Assembly: GCA_036172245.1 (NCBI GenBank)
Contig: JAYWIR010000047.1
Span: 248,001 to 312,000, forward strand
DNA: 64,000 nt
Reading direction: 5' to 3'
Source: Raillietiella orientalis
Taxonomy: Eukaryota
Numbering within the stretch: position 1 is the stretch's first letter; each line of letters starts with the position of its first letter. The position numbers and the translations under genes are program-made. The notes beneath the pieces were generated by a model that searched no databases, was not told the DNA's origin, and saw only the letters and a list, made by a program, of their open reading frames with translations. Positions 40,117 through 51,500 of this stretch are shown here, in pieces.

Positions 40117-41160
40117 TCATCCGGTTATGCCGGCTCAATCATTATATAAAGCAACAAGAATACATTTTTGTGGTAGAACCAAGGGTTCTAACACGTGCAG
40201 CGAACCTGACCAAGAGCAGTACGCAGACCGGCGAGATCCGCTTCGGCGGCATGAGGGAAGGGGCAAAAAAAAAAAAAAAAACGAAGGCGGGAAAATTATA
40301 CACGAGGAGGGGATGAGGAAGGCGGAAAGGGATAGTTGTACACTGCCAGGAATCCTCTGCATCCTGTTCAGTATGCCGAGAGGTTTCGTCCTCATAGCGC
40401 CCATCTCAAGGCGGTCCTCAGGAAGATCCGCGTCCAGTGGATGGCGTCCCTGCCATCTCATCCTCTCCTTCCCACGCTCCAATATGCCGCCGTGTTCTAG
40501 CGGAGACAGCAGAAAACTGCGAAGGATGCATCTGCCGGCAGAGCGGCACGCACGAAGAGGCGTCTGAAGAGGTCCCTGGGAACGGCCGCCGGGATTCCTA
40601 GGATTGTCGCGAGGCAATCCCAAGGGGTCGGAGGGCAGCACAGTCTAACAGCAGGTGAGGGAGGGTATCCTTCTTTCCGCACCTTCTTCCTGCACTCTGA
40701 GCGTCCACGCTTCCCCGTGTCCAGTGGCGAAGGAGCGCTTTGCATGGGATTCCCCCATGCAACACCAACAACGCCAACTCCCGCCACTTGAGGACAACGG
40801 CGCCACCGTTCCAGCACGCTGGGGGCCACTTCTCCTCCTCCGGAGGGATCGCGAGCAGCTCTCCCCAGCGTAGAAGTCCTTGGAGTGGAGCACTCGGGGT
40901 CGCAGCGTCCGTCACTTCCCGAGGTTGTCCACGCCTTCAATGGTTTCTTCTTCGCTGCCATGCAGCGTGTCGCTTCCCACCTCGCCGACATTACGCTGCC
41001 CCGTGCGTCCCTTGGGAAGAGTGGCACTGGGACAGGGAGAAGAGATAGACGAGGTCCACTGCATCTTGAACGGGTTGCGGACGATCTCCTCCAGCGACTT
41101 GCGAGCGTCGATGCCTCGCTGCAGGCAGTCGCACTCCGTCTCGCTCGCGCCATGGATATT
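40117..41160 (-). mobile_element. L1/Tx1-like LINE 3' fragment (copy D)
   Basis: TDAATPS..GLL, LKWRELAL and RRCGKKDTLPHLLLDC; close relative of copy F. Terminal CCGG-N5-CCGG at 40121-40133. 5' end approximate. Confidence 0.85.
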
Positions 41161-41399
41161 TCCCTAGGCGAAGACTCACTCCTGGAGCCAGGCAGTGCAG
41201 TTCGACGAGGAGGCAAGAGATCCAGGTGTCCTCCTCCATCAAGGCAGCATCTGGAGGAGTTGGTATCTGCAACACCTCAGCAACGGGGAGGGGCGCGGGT
41301 TCCTCGCAGACGGTTGAGCTCTTTTCGAGGAGCCGCTCTGGAGCGCACCAGGATGATGGAAATCGTTTCGGTTACTTCCTGTTGTCGCAGCTTTCCTTC

Positions 41400-44265
41400 C
41401 ACCTTTTTTCCTTGGTTCTCCAAGTGCTGAAGAACAGTTCGTCTCCTCAGGGGGATCACGAAGCTCTTTGACATCCTTTACGCCACCCGAGGGTGCGTGT
41501 TACTCTGCAAGTTTCAGAGGGGTAATCCGGAGGGACCACCAGTATGAATACAGGAAGGCTCCAGAGGAAGGAGTCCATTCCTCTTACTATAGGGAGGGAG
41601 CCTCAAAGGAAACCTCTACCCTATTCTCTCCGGAGGGAACCACGAAGGGGTTCGCTCCATGTTTTCTTCTCCGAAGGGAACCAGGAAGGACCTGCTTCTG
41701 GAATTTCTTCTCCGGAGGGACACCCCGGAAATGATCCACTCCTCATTTTCTCTTACGAAGGGATGCTTCCTATTTTCTCTGAAGGACGCTTCCCGAAGGA
41801 AGCAGCTCACCTCTGACACTCTGGAGAGGCGACCCCCCGAAGAGGGTATTAATCAGCTCCATGACGCGCGATAAAGCCCCTTCCCCGCCGAGGGGAGAGA
41901 CGGCTCCATTTTCACAACCTAAGAGAATCGGCTCGTTGATGTCCCCGAAGGACTTCGGACGGTCCACTTTCTAATCCTGTTCAGACAACGGGGCCATCCG
42001 GCTTCCACAGTGCCGCACGGAAAGACAGCGGAAAGGGAGATGATGAGCAACCGGGATTTCGGAGTGTCCGTTGGCCAGGGGTGGGAAGGTCAGGAGGGGG
42101 TGGGAATCTTTGCGGTCGCAGTCGACCTGCACAAGGCATTTGACTGCGTCGACCAGACGCGGCATACGGCAGGGTGACATCCTGAGCCACCTGTTCTTTA
42201 GCACCTATTTCGAATTGGTGCTGAGAGCATACAGGGAGACTCTGGCTCTCCACTCGCGCATATGTCCCGGCACGCCTGCCGTCCCACCATACGCGGACGA
42301 TGTTCTGATGTTTTTCCCCATGTCCACCCCGGCATGCGCATTCGACGACTTCTTCGAGCTGCTCAGTCGTGGGACGGGCTTGGTGATGAACAAGGCGAAG
42401 TCGTCCGCGTTTCCTATTGGTGCGACGTGGGCAGGGCGGCTGGACTAGATCTGCCTGGGGATCCCCACGGGCCGATGCTTAAAGTACCTAAGCGTCGTTG
42501 GGGAACTTCTGCTCCTCAGAAGCCCGCTCTGGTTGTCTTCAGAAAGCACTGCAGGCGCTCGGCATGTTCCGAAGAGGCAGGTTTTATCTGCCAGAACGGA
42601 CCGAGGTAAGGAACATGTTTGTGGTCCCCCTCCTTCGCCCTTTGCTTTTTGTTTGCTCCCCCGCCATGCAGCATTAGGAAGCGTACAAAGGACCTCCTCC
42701 GGATCGCCCTCTGGGGCAAAGAGAGTCCTGAAGGATTTGTGTGCTCCGCGCCGGGACGGTGGCCTAGATCTCCTCCTGATGCTGGAGCGAATGAAGCTGC
42801 AGCTCCAGTTTTGAACACTTGCCCTCGTGGCAAACCTCTGGAGCACCACCTGGTGCCAATCTGCACGTCTTCTCGTCCAGCAAGCCACCGGCAGCGTGGA
42901 ACTGGCGTCCTTCCTTGCTCACCGTCCACGCAGTCTCATCCACTGTGGACTGCATCTGCGGCAGATGGCCACATTGGCCAGAAAAAAAGGATGGATCTTG
43001 TGACGCCCCGCGAACAGGAGTGCCTGGTTGCAATAAACCGTTCGCATATGGACGAGGATCCAGGAGCCAAGCGCGGATCAGGTGCGACGTTTCTCGTAAG
43101 TGCGTAACAACTGCAGCTCCGGGAGATCCTGGAAGATCCCGCGAGGAGTGCGTGGGCAGGCAGAACCTTCCTCACAGCCGCGCTGCCTTTCTTAGGGAGC
43201 ACATGGACAGCAGCCTCACGGCTAGATGGGAGGTTAATGTGAAAATCTCCGGAAGGAGAAAAGGACTGGGCGATTGGACGACGGGCCAGCTCACCGACGC
43301 TGCGACCCCTAGTCCTCTACCTCATGGACTTTTGTGCCAGGGTGTGCTACTGGGTATTCCGGAGGAAGATCTGCATTGGACTCCGGTGATCACGAACATC
43401 ATACCCTCCCCTTGAAGTGGCAGGGGTCGGCATTGATAATGCTGGAGGGGGTCTCCCGTACAACGCATGCTGGCATCATTGGAAACAGGTGTATGTGGAT
43501 CCAAACTGTGCAAGGTGCGGGGAGCGGGAATCCCTCCCGCATCTCCTATTGGACTGTGTTGCGCTCCGGCCCCTTTGGGGACGCTTTGCCGCGACCCTTT
43601 GAACGCCCGGCGGCAACGCCAGAGATGTTTCGTAGAGCCTCTACCTGAGCGACGCCCTCACGCCGGCCGCATCCCCAGCATCACTTTGCTGCCCACGCGA
43701 CGGGACCGCGGCTGCATGGAGCAACTCCAGAGAAGGCCAGAACGACAGGGACGCCATCTATTCTGCGGTCCTACACATGAGGACAGTGTTTAAGATGGCC
43801 CCATCTGGGAGTCTTAAAACAGGAACTTGCGGGCATCCTTACAAGGATGCAGAGGACACCCTCCAGCACACAGTGATCCCTTCCCGAAACCCTCAATTTT
43901 TTTGACTATGTTTTTTGTTTGTCTTTCCTTCCCTTGTGCTGCCGAGGCTCACCCTGCTGGCCTGCCTGCCAGATCCAGGCAGGTTCATTCTCGTAGTTAT
44001 AAGCAACGAGGCAGGATCAAACGTCCTGCCACAGACATGTAGGTTTGTTTTATAAATAAACGCCCCGGCGTGGCCAGGTGTCAACCAGTGCCGCACCCTA
44101 AGCCAACCGAGGGGTCAACCAGAGTCACCTTGAGGGGAAGGAACTCGAAACACACACGACGCACCCTCCATTTCTCGGCATGGTTCATCCACGTGGAGAT
44201 TCGAACCCGCGACGCTGAGTGTCCACGTTGGCAAAGGCCGTGGCCACGCGGGCTGCTTGCGCAGG
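41400..44265 (-). mobile_element. SINE-like copy S4, split (41400-42018 and 44086-44265) by LINE copy E
   Basis: Tail and body on the left; tRNA-like head with GGGTTCGAATCTC on the right. The two halves overlap by the duplicated CAGTGCCGCAC. Confidence 0.82.
42019..44085 (+). mobile_element. 5'-truncated, internally deleted L1/Tx1-like LINE (copy E)
   Basis: AVDLHKAFDCVD fused directly to RGIRQGDILS (intervening RT segment deleted), then PYADD, MNKAKS and PNCARCGERESLPHLLLDC. AATAAA plus hairpin at 44055-44078. TSD at 42008-42018 and 44086-44096. Confidence 0.9.
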
Positions 44266-44360
44266 ATTTCCCTTCCCGTGCCTTCGGCATTCCTGGTTTA
44301 TTTGTGCTTCCTGAGATGATGTGCACAAGAAAAACGCTTCCTGGTTGGCAGAGAAAGGAA

Positions 44361-44390
44361 GGGAGAGAGAAAGAGAGAGAGAGAGAGAAA
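44361..44390. repeat. (GA)n microsatellite
   Basis: gggagagagaaagagagagagagagagaaa. Confidence 0.7.
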
Positions 44391-44799
44391 AAACAGTCTT
44401 GGAATAAGTCATCCTTGGATGCTGCCAAGGACCTCACGTATCCTCGTCAGATATCTTCGTCAGACGGTTCGGAGGAGAGCTCCTTGATCTAGCGTGACGA
44501 CATGTGAGAGGACCTTCTTCGTTTCAAAGGGAAGATACGCATCCAAATGAGATTTCCCGGGGGATAATCGATGTCCCAATTGGATGGACGGGCTCCCACA
44601 TTTGGAGATTCTCGACTGACCTTCAAGTCGTACAAGTCAGCATTTCATCTTGAGGAGCGCGGTCGGCGGTGAAAGCAAACCCTCTTCGACCGTCGAGGAG
44701 CACCCGCTGCCGCGAGCTTGCGGCAAGCACCACCGAATGGTCCCCTCGTCCTCGCCTCCTGACGAGGGAACTCTCAGCGGAAGGCAACTCTCGACCTGA

Positions 44800-47005
44800 C
44801 CGAGTGCTGCGCGAAGGAGGACCTCTGGGCAGGTCCTCACGGTATAGCCCGAGATCAGGCCAGTCTTAAGTGAGTGCACCGACGAGAGCTGCTATGTCGG
44901 AGGAGGCAGGATTCGGCGCCTAATCCTTCGGCGTTGCATGGGCAGTGAAGGGCTTCCGTCGCTGTTGCCGCTCTACCGATTCGGGATGCGGGGGTTTCCG
45001 TCCTGAGGCAGTTTGCCTCGCCGCTGGATCTCCTGTCGCCCCGATGAACTCGAATTCCTGGTGGTGTTTGTGACCTGGACTTCACGTTCAGGAATCGGTC
45101 CAAAGGTGCTTGGTCCTCTGCGTGCATTTCTCTGGCAACCTTCCCTCGCGAGATGCTCCGCAGGACTCGACGAAGTTTGCCCGATCGGGCACCGCAGCGC
45201 TGCCTTCCCTCAGGGCAAGCGAGGCAACGACAGTTGACAGCCGGATTGACTTGGGTGGGAGTTTTTATGTGCCACTGTGAGAGTGACCAAACCCCCAGGG
45301 GGACTGAAAGAAGGTGAGCTGGTGGACAGCGCCACTCTTCGTTCCCGGGGAAAGGGATTGTTCCGGTGAGGGTGCCTTCCCACCCTCGAAGGACTCGTGG
45401 TCCCTCCTTTGTGTACGAACACTTCCGTGTTCCTCTGTTGAAGTGGAAACGGGATGTCCAGATGCTTCTGCACTGGGATCTGAAGTCAGGCAATCGGTTT
45501 CCTGGAGAGCTGCTTTGCTAAACTGCCCCAGGTGCGGGACGATGAAATCGTCGCCACACCCTCTGCTGGGCTGCGATGCCCTCCGGGGAGTTTGGCCGGG
45601 TCTCCTTCGCGCTGGGGATGCTGCCAAGGAATCTCTGCGGAGGCTCTTCGCCAGTCGAGTCGCTGCAGGCGATGTGATTGCAACGAGGGATTGTAGCGTC
45701 ACAGCCCGCCATGCGCCGGGGTCACCCGCATGGCAGCAACCTAAATGAAGACGGCTGCGAGGTGGTCTCTCACACCCCTTGCTCCAGTGCTGCCCTCCCT
45801 GAAGAAATCAAGGGACAGTGACCTTCCGGCGGGGTGGGAGGTGTTCTGCCGCATCGAAGGCAGGAAGAAACTTCTGGGGACGTGGACGACCTCGGGAAGT
45901 GACGGACGCTGCGACCCCGAGTGCTCCACCCCAAAGATTTCTTCGCTGGAGAGAGCTGCTCGCGATCCCTCCGGAGATGAAGTAGCTCCCAGCTTGCTGG
46001 AACGGTGGCACCCTCTTTCTCAAGTTGCGGAAGTTGGCGTTGCTGGTGTTGCATGGGGGAATCCCATGCAAAGCGCGCCTTCAGCACTGGATACGGGGGA
46101 GATTGGACGCTCAGAACGCAATAGGTGCGGGAAGGAGACCCTCCTACACCTTCCGCTGGACTGTGCTGCCCTTCGACCCCTTTAGGATCGCCTCACAAGG
46201 ATCCTAGGAATCCCGGAGGCCGACCCCAAGGACCTTTTCAGACGTCTCTTCGTGCGCGGTGCCGCACTGCCGCCAGCCACGTTCCTCGCAGTTTTCCGCT
46301 GTTCTGTTCGCGGCCTGGAAATCCAGAAGAAGAAGCCGAAATGGTAGGGACGCCATCCACTGGGCGCACATTTTCCTGAGGACCGCCTCGAGATGGTCCC
46401 ACCTGGGCAACATCAGAACACAACTTGTCAGCATCCTGTACAGGATGCAGGGGACTCCTGACAGCGTATCGTGATCCCTTCCTCGGCTACCCCCCCCCCC
46501 CCCTCTGCCTCCTACGCGTGTATGATTTCCCTTTCTCCGCTTTGTTTGTTTATTTTTTTTTTCCGCCCCCTTCCCCCACGCCTCTGAAGCGGATCTCTCC
46601 GGTCTCTGTACCGATGACGGGCAAGTTGAGTGTACATGGTGACTCAAGTGTTTCACCACAAAGACCAGTTTGCTGTACTTGACTGTATTGTGCTTTAATT
46701 ATTTTTTAATAATAAATATCCGGTAAAAACCGGGTGGAAAAACCTACAGGAAGAAGTCCAGTCGGACATCGCCGGCGTCTTTCGCCGCTACTGCGCCGGA
46801 GGAAGCGATCCAAACCAAAGACCCCTGCTCCCCATCCTCCCTTGATTTATTTTTTGTATTAATTTTCTTTTTTGTTTCCTTCTCGGACTGACCCAACAAA
46901 CGATCTGCGTGCCGGTGAACCTTCCTTTTGAACTTCTTGTCGTTGTTTCGGGGACTCGTTCCCAGCCTGTTCGTTTCTGTTTATAAACTGAGCGCCACGG
47001 TGCCA
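44800..47005 (+). mobile_element. Older L1/Tx1-like LINE fragment (copy F0: about 44800-45750 and 46741-47005) interrupted by copy F
   Basis: Nucleotide matches to copy A (e.g. CCGCAGCGCTG..CCCTCAGGGCAAGC) and LNCPRCG...HPLLGC. The C-terminal peptide resumes after the insert as NLQEEVQSDIAGVFRRY (copy A: HLRDKVNEDISGIHRRF). Confidence 0.78.
45751..46740 (+). mobile_element. L1/Tx1-like LINE 3' fragment (copy F)
   Basis: NRCGKETLLHLPLDC and RWSHLGNIR. AATAAA at 46711-46716 plus hairpin at 46720-46733. Imperfect TSD AACCTAAATGAAG (45738-45750) / AACCTACAGGAAG (46741-46753). Confidence 0.85.
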
Positions 47006-47549
47006 AGGGACGAAAAATTAAATCTATTTTTAGATTTCACGTGACTGAATGGACTCTGGCCAGCTGGACATCCCTTACATCATCCATGATGATCATGATC
47101 ATGTTCACGACGGCTGCATCCGCCTCACGGAACACCAAACACCAGATTTTGGCCCTGCGGCGAAACGTAGCGGGGCGCATTTCGTGAGCGAGGTGGCCAG
47201 GGCTTAGAGCGAGCCGATTTTATGTGACCCACCCTCATGCGACGTGCCTGCCGCTTGGGACGAACTTGACCAGCGAGGCGCGGAGGGGCGGCGACACGTG
47301 ATGCGCGGTACGAAGGGTACGGCGTGGCACCCACACCCCTCGTCATGATGAGGGGGGTGGCGGCCATTTTGCGCAGAATCCGAATCTGGGCAAGCGCGTT
47401 TCACAGTAGACGCCGCCGCCCTAAGTCCAAAGAGAAGGAGGCCTGTAGCGGTCGCTGACTGCCGATCATGAGATGTCGGGGCAGAAGACCATCGATGGGC
47501 AGAAGGACTGCGCTTTTCCGTGTCGGTCGAGCCTTCTTTCCTGGGATAG

Positions 47550-48158
47550 CTCTTCAAGATGGGAGCTATCCCGGGAGGGGGACACCCTATGAATCCAGGA
47601 AGACTCCGTAGGAAGGAGTCGGTTTCTCACTCTTGGGAGGGTACCCTGAAGAGAACCTCTTCCTCATTCTCTCCGGAAGGACCATCTGAATGGGACCACC
47701 CCATTGCTCCCTCCCTCTTCTGGAGAGAACCTCGAGGGGACGCTCCCCAATTTTCTCTGAAGGGCGCTCCCCAAAGGGAGAAACGCTCTTCTAACTCTCT
47801 GGAGTGGTATCGATCCACCAGTTCCATGGAACGAGATGGAGGTTCCCTCTCAAGAGGAGTGGAGAGCCCATTTTATCAGAAGGATACCCCGACGGGAACC
47901 GACTCTCTGATTCCTGGAAGAATCCAGGAGGGTCGACTGCCAATCCCGGTCAGTCAACTGGGGCATCCGCCAGTGCCGCACTCGGAGCCAACCGAGGGGC
48001 CAACCAGCTCCACCTTGCTGGAGGGGGGGATTCAAAACCCACATGACGCACCCCTCCCCCTTTCTCGGCGTCGAGCTTCGCCCCGGACGGGATTCGAACC
48101 CGCGTCGGTCTGCGCCACGTTGGTAGAGGCCGCAACCATGAACGCCATTCAGAGCGAG
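47550..48158 (-). mobile_element. tRNA-headed SINE-like copy S5 (best preserved head, tail missing)
   Basis: Head at 48079-48155: A-box-like TGGCGTTCATGG (48136-48147), perfect B box GGTTCGAATCC (48090-48100), intact T arm, acceptor-like pairing. Second motif GGTTTTGAATCC at 48028-48039. Confidence 0.82.
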
Positions 48159-48198
48159 CCGGCTAGGGAATCCGCGGGGACTGGAACTTTCCAGTTCT

Positions 48199-48204
48199 TT
48201 TATT
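48199..48204 (-). promoter_or_regulatory. Candidate polyadenylation signal of the Gfi1/senseless gene
   Basis: AATAAA on the minus strand about 320 nt past the stop codon. Confidence 0.5.
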
Positions 48205-48524
48205 TGACTTGAAAGGGGACCACTCAACACCGAAGGGGGAAAGAGGAACCGAGACCAGACTGCTAACAGAGCTCAACCACTGCTCACCTTGAACTACCGG
48301 GAGCGCAACACGAAAGGACTCCTTTTGAAAGGGGCGGGCAGAGTCCGGTCGCCCACACAGGGCGCATGCACAGCAGTTCAGACGAAGATTCGTTTTCTCT
48401 CAGGGAAGTCGCGAGAGCACGGGATGAGGCGCCTCGCGGTCGCGGGGGGCGCACCTGGTCTGGCGGAGTCGGGGCGGCCGTAGTGCGCGCACGCGGGGCG
48501 GGCGGGCGGTCGGCGACTGTGACT

Positions 48525-51500
48525 TCAGGCCTGCTTTAGAAAACCGTAGTCCTGCGCGCGCTCCTGACGCAGGGCCGCGGACAGGCCTGCGTGCTGCGTC
48601 TCCCTGTGGCGGCGAAGGTCCACCTTGCGCTGGAAGGCGCGCCCGCACTTCTCGCAGTGGAAGGGCTTGAAGCCTGTGTGCTTCCGGGAGTGCGTGATGA
48701 GGTTCGAGGACTGGCTGAACGCCTTGCCGCAGACGGTGCACTTGTGGGGCTTCTCCCCTACAAGAGAAGAGGGTCAGCGGGGAGCACGGAAGGTCGTCCG
48801 CTCCCTCCCCCCGCCCCGCTTTCGGTATCGCCGCCGCGCGCTCGAGTCGAAGCTCCTTGTGCGCTTTCGGAATGGATAGAAGGGAAAGGAGATGATGCCA
48901 GGCCTGGAGAGGCTGGAGTGAAGGAGGAACTCCCTGGCTTCCCGGCTAGCGGGCCCGCTTCCCCCTCCCCCCTTCGAACCCTCGGGGACCTTCCGATCCG
49001 GCGGAGAAAGGACCTGGCTGGCGGGTCACGCCGTCGGTTCGATGTTGGGCTCTGCACAGGTTCGAGGGCCAACGGCCCTCTCCTTCGGGAGACTCGAGTG
49101 CTCAGGCCTGCCGTTCGGTCGCCTGGAGGGCGTCCCGACAGGCCCTTCCGATGTTCGTTCGTTGCTAAGGTTTCTCGGGCCCGCCATTGGATTTTCGGGG
49201 CCACCTCTTTCGGGATCCCAGGATCATCGTGGGCCGGCAGCGATGGCTTCCCTCGGGGGGCCACGGAAGAAGTTGCATCCCGACTCGGCACGGTCCCTAG
49301 ACGGCACGGACAGGGGAGGGGAAGAGTGGCTGCTTGCCACGACCCCTGCTAGGCATCCGCAGCTCCCCGACCCCTGCAGAGTGGCGGATCTACAGCTTCC
49401 AAGCGCGAAGTGGCGGCTGTGGGAGTTTCTCGCCCAACCTTCCCGGTACTGAGAAGAGCCCGCGCTGAGGTCCTCTTCCTGAGGCAGCGTCCTTGCCGAA
49501 CTATGGGTCCGCTCCCTCGTCGCCCCACTCTGTGGTGGCAGGCGAGCGGTTGCCCGACGGAACCGTGATCTCGAGTGTGGGTGGGACGGATCCCGAGACG
49601 ACGCGGGAGTTCGGGAGAGTCTCTTCTCGGGGAGTGATGCAAGGGGGATCCCGGCCTCACGAAAATGCTGGAAGTGCTCATGCACGACGTCCTCAAGACG
49701 TTGTGGCCTCCTTGGCCACATGCCAGCGCTCACCCGACCTCGGCCCCACGGGCTCGGTGCATCGCTCGAAGCCGGCTGGTTCGCTCCTGGACGGAGGATT
49801 CACCGCAGGAACGTCGCTGAACACCGGTTTTCCCGGAGTTCGGTCGTCGCCGAAGCGACGGGAAGGAGCAGGAAGCAATCCTCGTGCCGGGAGGGAAGGC
49901 GTGGACTTCCCTGGAGGAAGGGGTGAGGGGACGATGCGAGTTTTTCACACTGACCACCGGCGAGCACAGCACGCAACCCTGAGCGGGCCTCAGACCCGCG
50001 CCAGTCCTGAAAAGGAGGGAGGGCCATCGGCCAGCTAAATTGAAGACGAGTCCAGCCCGTTCTCGCGCTCTTCATGCGTCTCCGATGGTCATCGGGAATT
50101 TGGAAGGCAAAAGTTCCTGACCCTCGTTCCTGAGTCTTCGCCCAGAGCGGGTGAGAGATCTGCGCTGCCCTTGGATCCGAGGACTCAACGCGGCAGCACG
50201 CAGTCCTTTCCCTCCCCCATGGAGCTCCCAGCTGCAGGACTGCGCCGTGTCGCAACCCCGGGAGTCCAGCAAAGGAAATGCTGGCTGAGGAGGTGGGGGG
50301 AATGGAACAGGGCCGGTTCCTCGCTCAGCATCTCCGTCGCGACTGAGTTGCGGGAAGAAAGTGGGGAGGCTGAAAGAGAGGATTCCTGCGGGATCGCTCG
50401 TGTCGTCCCGACCAGACCGCCTCCAGATTCCTTGAGGAGGTGGCACTCAAACGAGAGAAGAAGGACCGGTCCAGGCAGCATGGGACAGGTCTTTCGAGAT
50501 CAGGAAGCGAAACAAAGGACGGATCCACTCTTACAGAGGTAAGAGTGGTCCGTCGGACCTTCCGGCGGCCCCGAGGGCAGCTTCCCCCCCTCTTTTGCTT
50601 CTTTTCGAGCACCCCGTGAGGGTGGGTCCGCTCAGAACGTCTCCTGGTCTCATCTCTCTTCCCCTCTTCCTCTCCCAAGCTCCTGCCCTTGGGGCAAACC
50701 GTGTGGATCGGAGACGCGAACGGAAGGTTCGGCACCTGACGAGCCCTCCGACAGGAACCGGAGATGGCCTCTACCACGTTCTTGAGCTTCTCGGGCAGTT
50801 GGCGCCGTACATCGCCACCAGTGTGGAGGCAAGCGGGAGGAGGAACCATGAGGACTATCCCTGACGGACTTTCCGTCCACGTCATCCTCGGCCTTGCAGC
50901 GGAACCGGCTGCTTGCAGGCAACTACGGAAACGTCCACTTCGTGTCGAGCTTTCCTCGAAACAAGATGGCTACCACCCTTCCCTCCCACACGAGGGTCGG
51001 TGCCAGCCGATTCGCAACAGCTCCGAGGCCATGGGACAGCTTGCTGGACTGAGACCCTATGTAGTCAGGGCGTAGGAGCCGTTTCCTCTCGCTCCTCATC
51101 CAAAGACGCCCGCCTCCTCCTCCATTATCCAAGGCTGCGGGCGCTGTTGCCAGCGCGGCCACTCTCGAAGCCGTAGCGCCCCTCGCCGGTGGCCAGGAGG
51201 CCATTTCAGAGTGTGGCACCGAGCGCCCTCGGGCAGAGGGACTCCTCTGGCCGCGTCCCCAGCACAGCTGCCTAGGCAACGTCTCTTTCGGAAGCTGCCG
51301 CCTCTGTTCTTTCTGGTCTGAGTCCCCTGTGGTCCACACAGCTCCTGAGCGTGTGCAGACCGGATGCTCCTTGAACCAGCTGAGACCCGAGCGGGGATCC
51401 GGCGAAGACAGAAGAGCGTGCGGAGGCAGATCTTCCGTCTCTTCCCGCGGGTCATCCCGCGGTTTCCCGTAAGCACCCTGCATTTCGGCAGATCACTAGA

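Noticed and set aside
41600..41810. CRISPR-like spaced repeats
   Set aside because: Eukaryotic context, degenerate tandem units without unique spacers, and no cas genes; it is the SINE-internal repeat.
48079..48155. Functional tRNA gene
   Set aside because: Anticodon arm is non-canonical, there is no oligo-T terminator, and the sequence is embedded in a repeated body; it is a SINE head.
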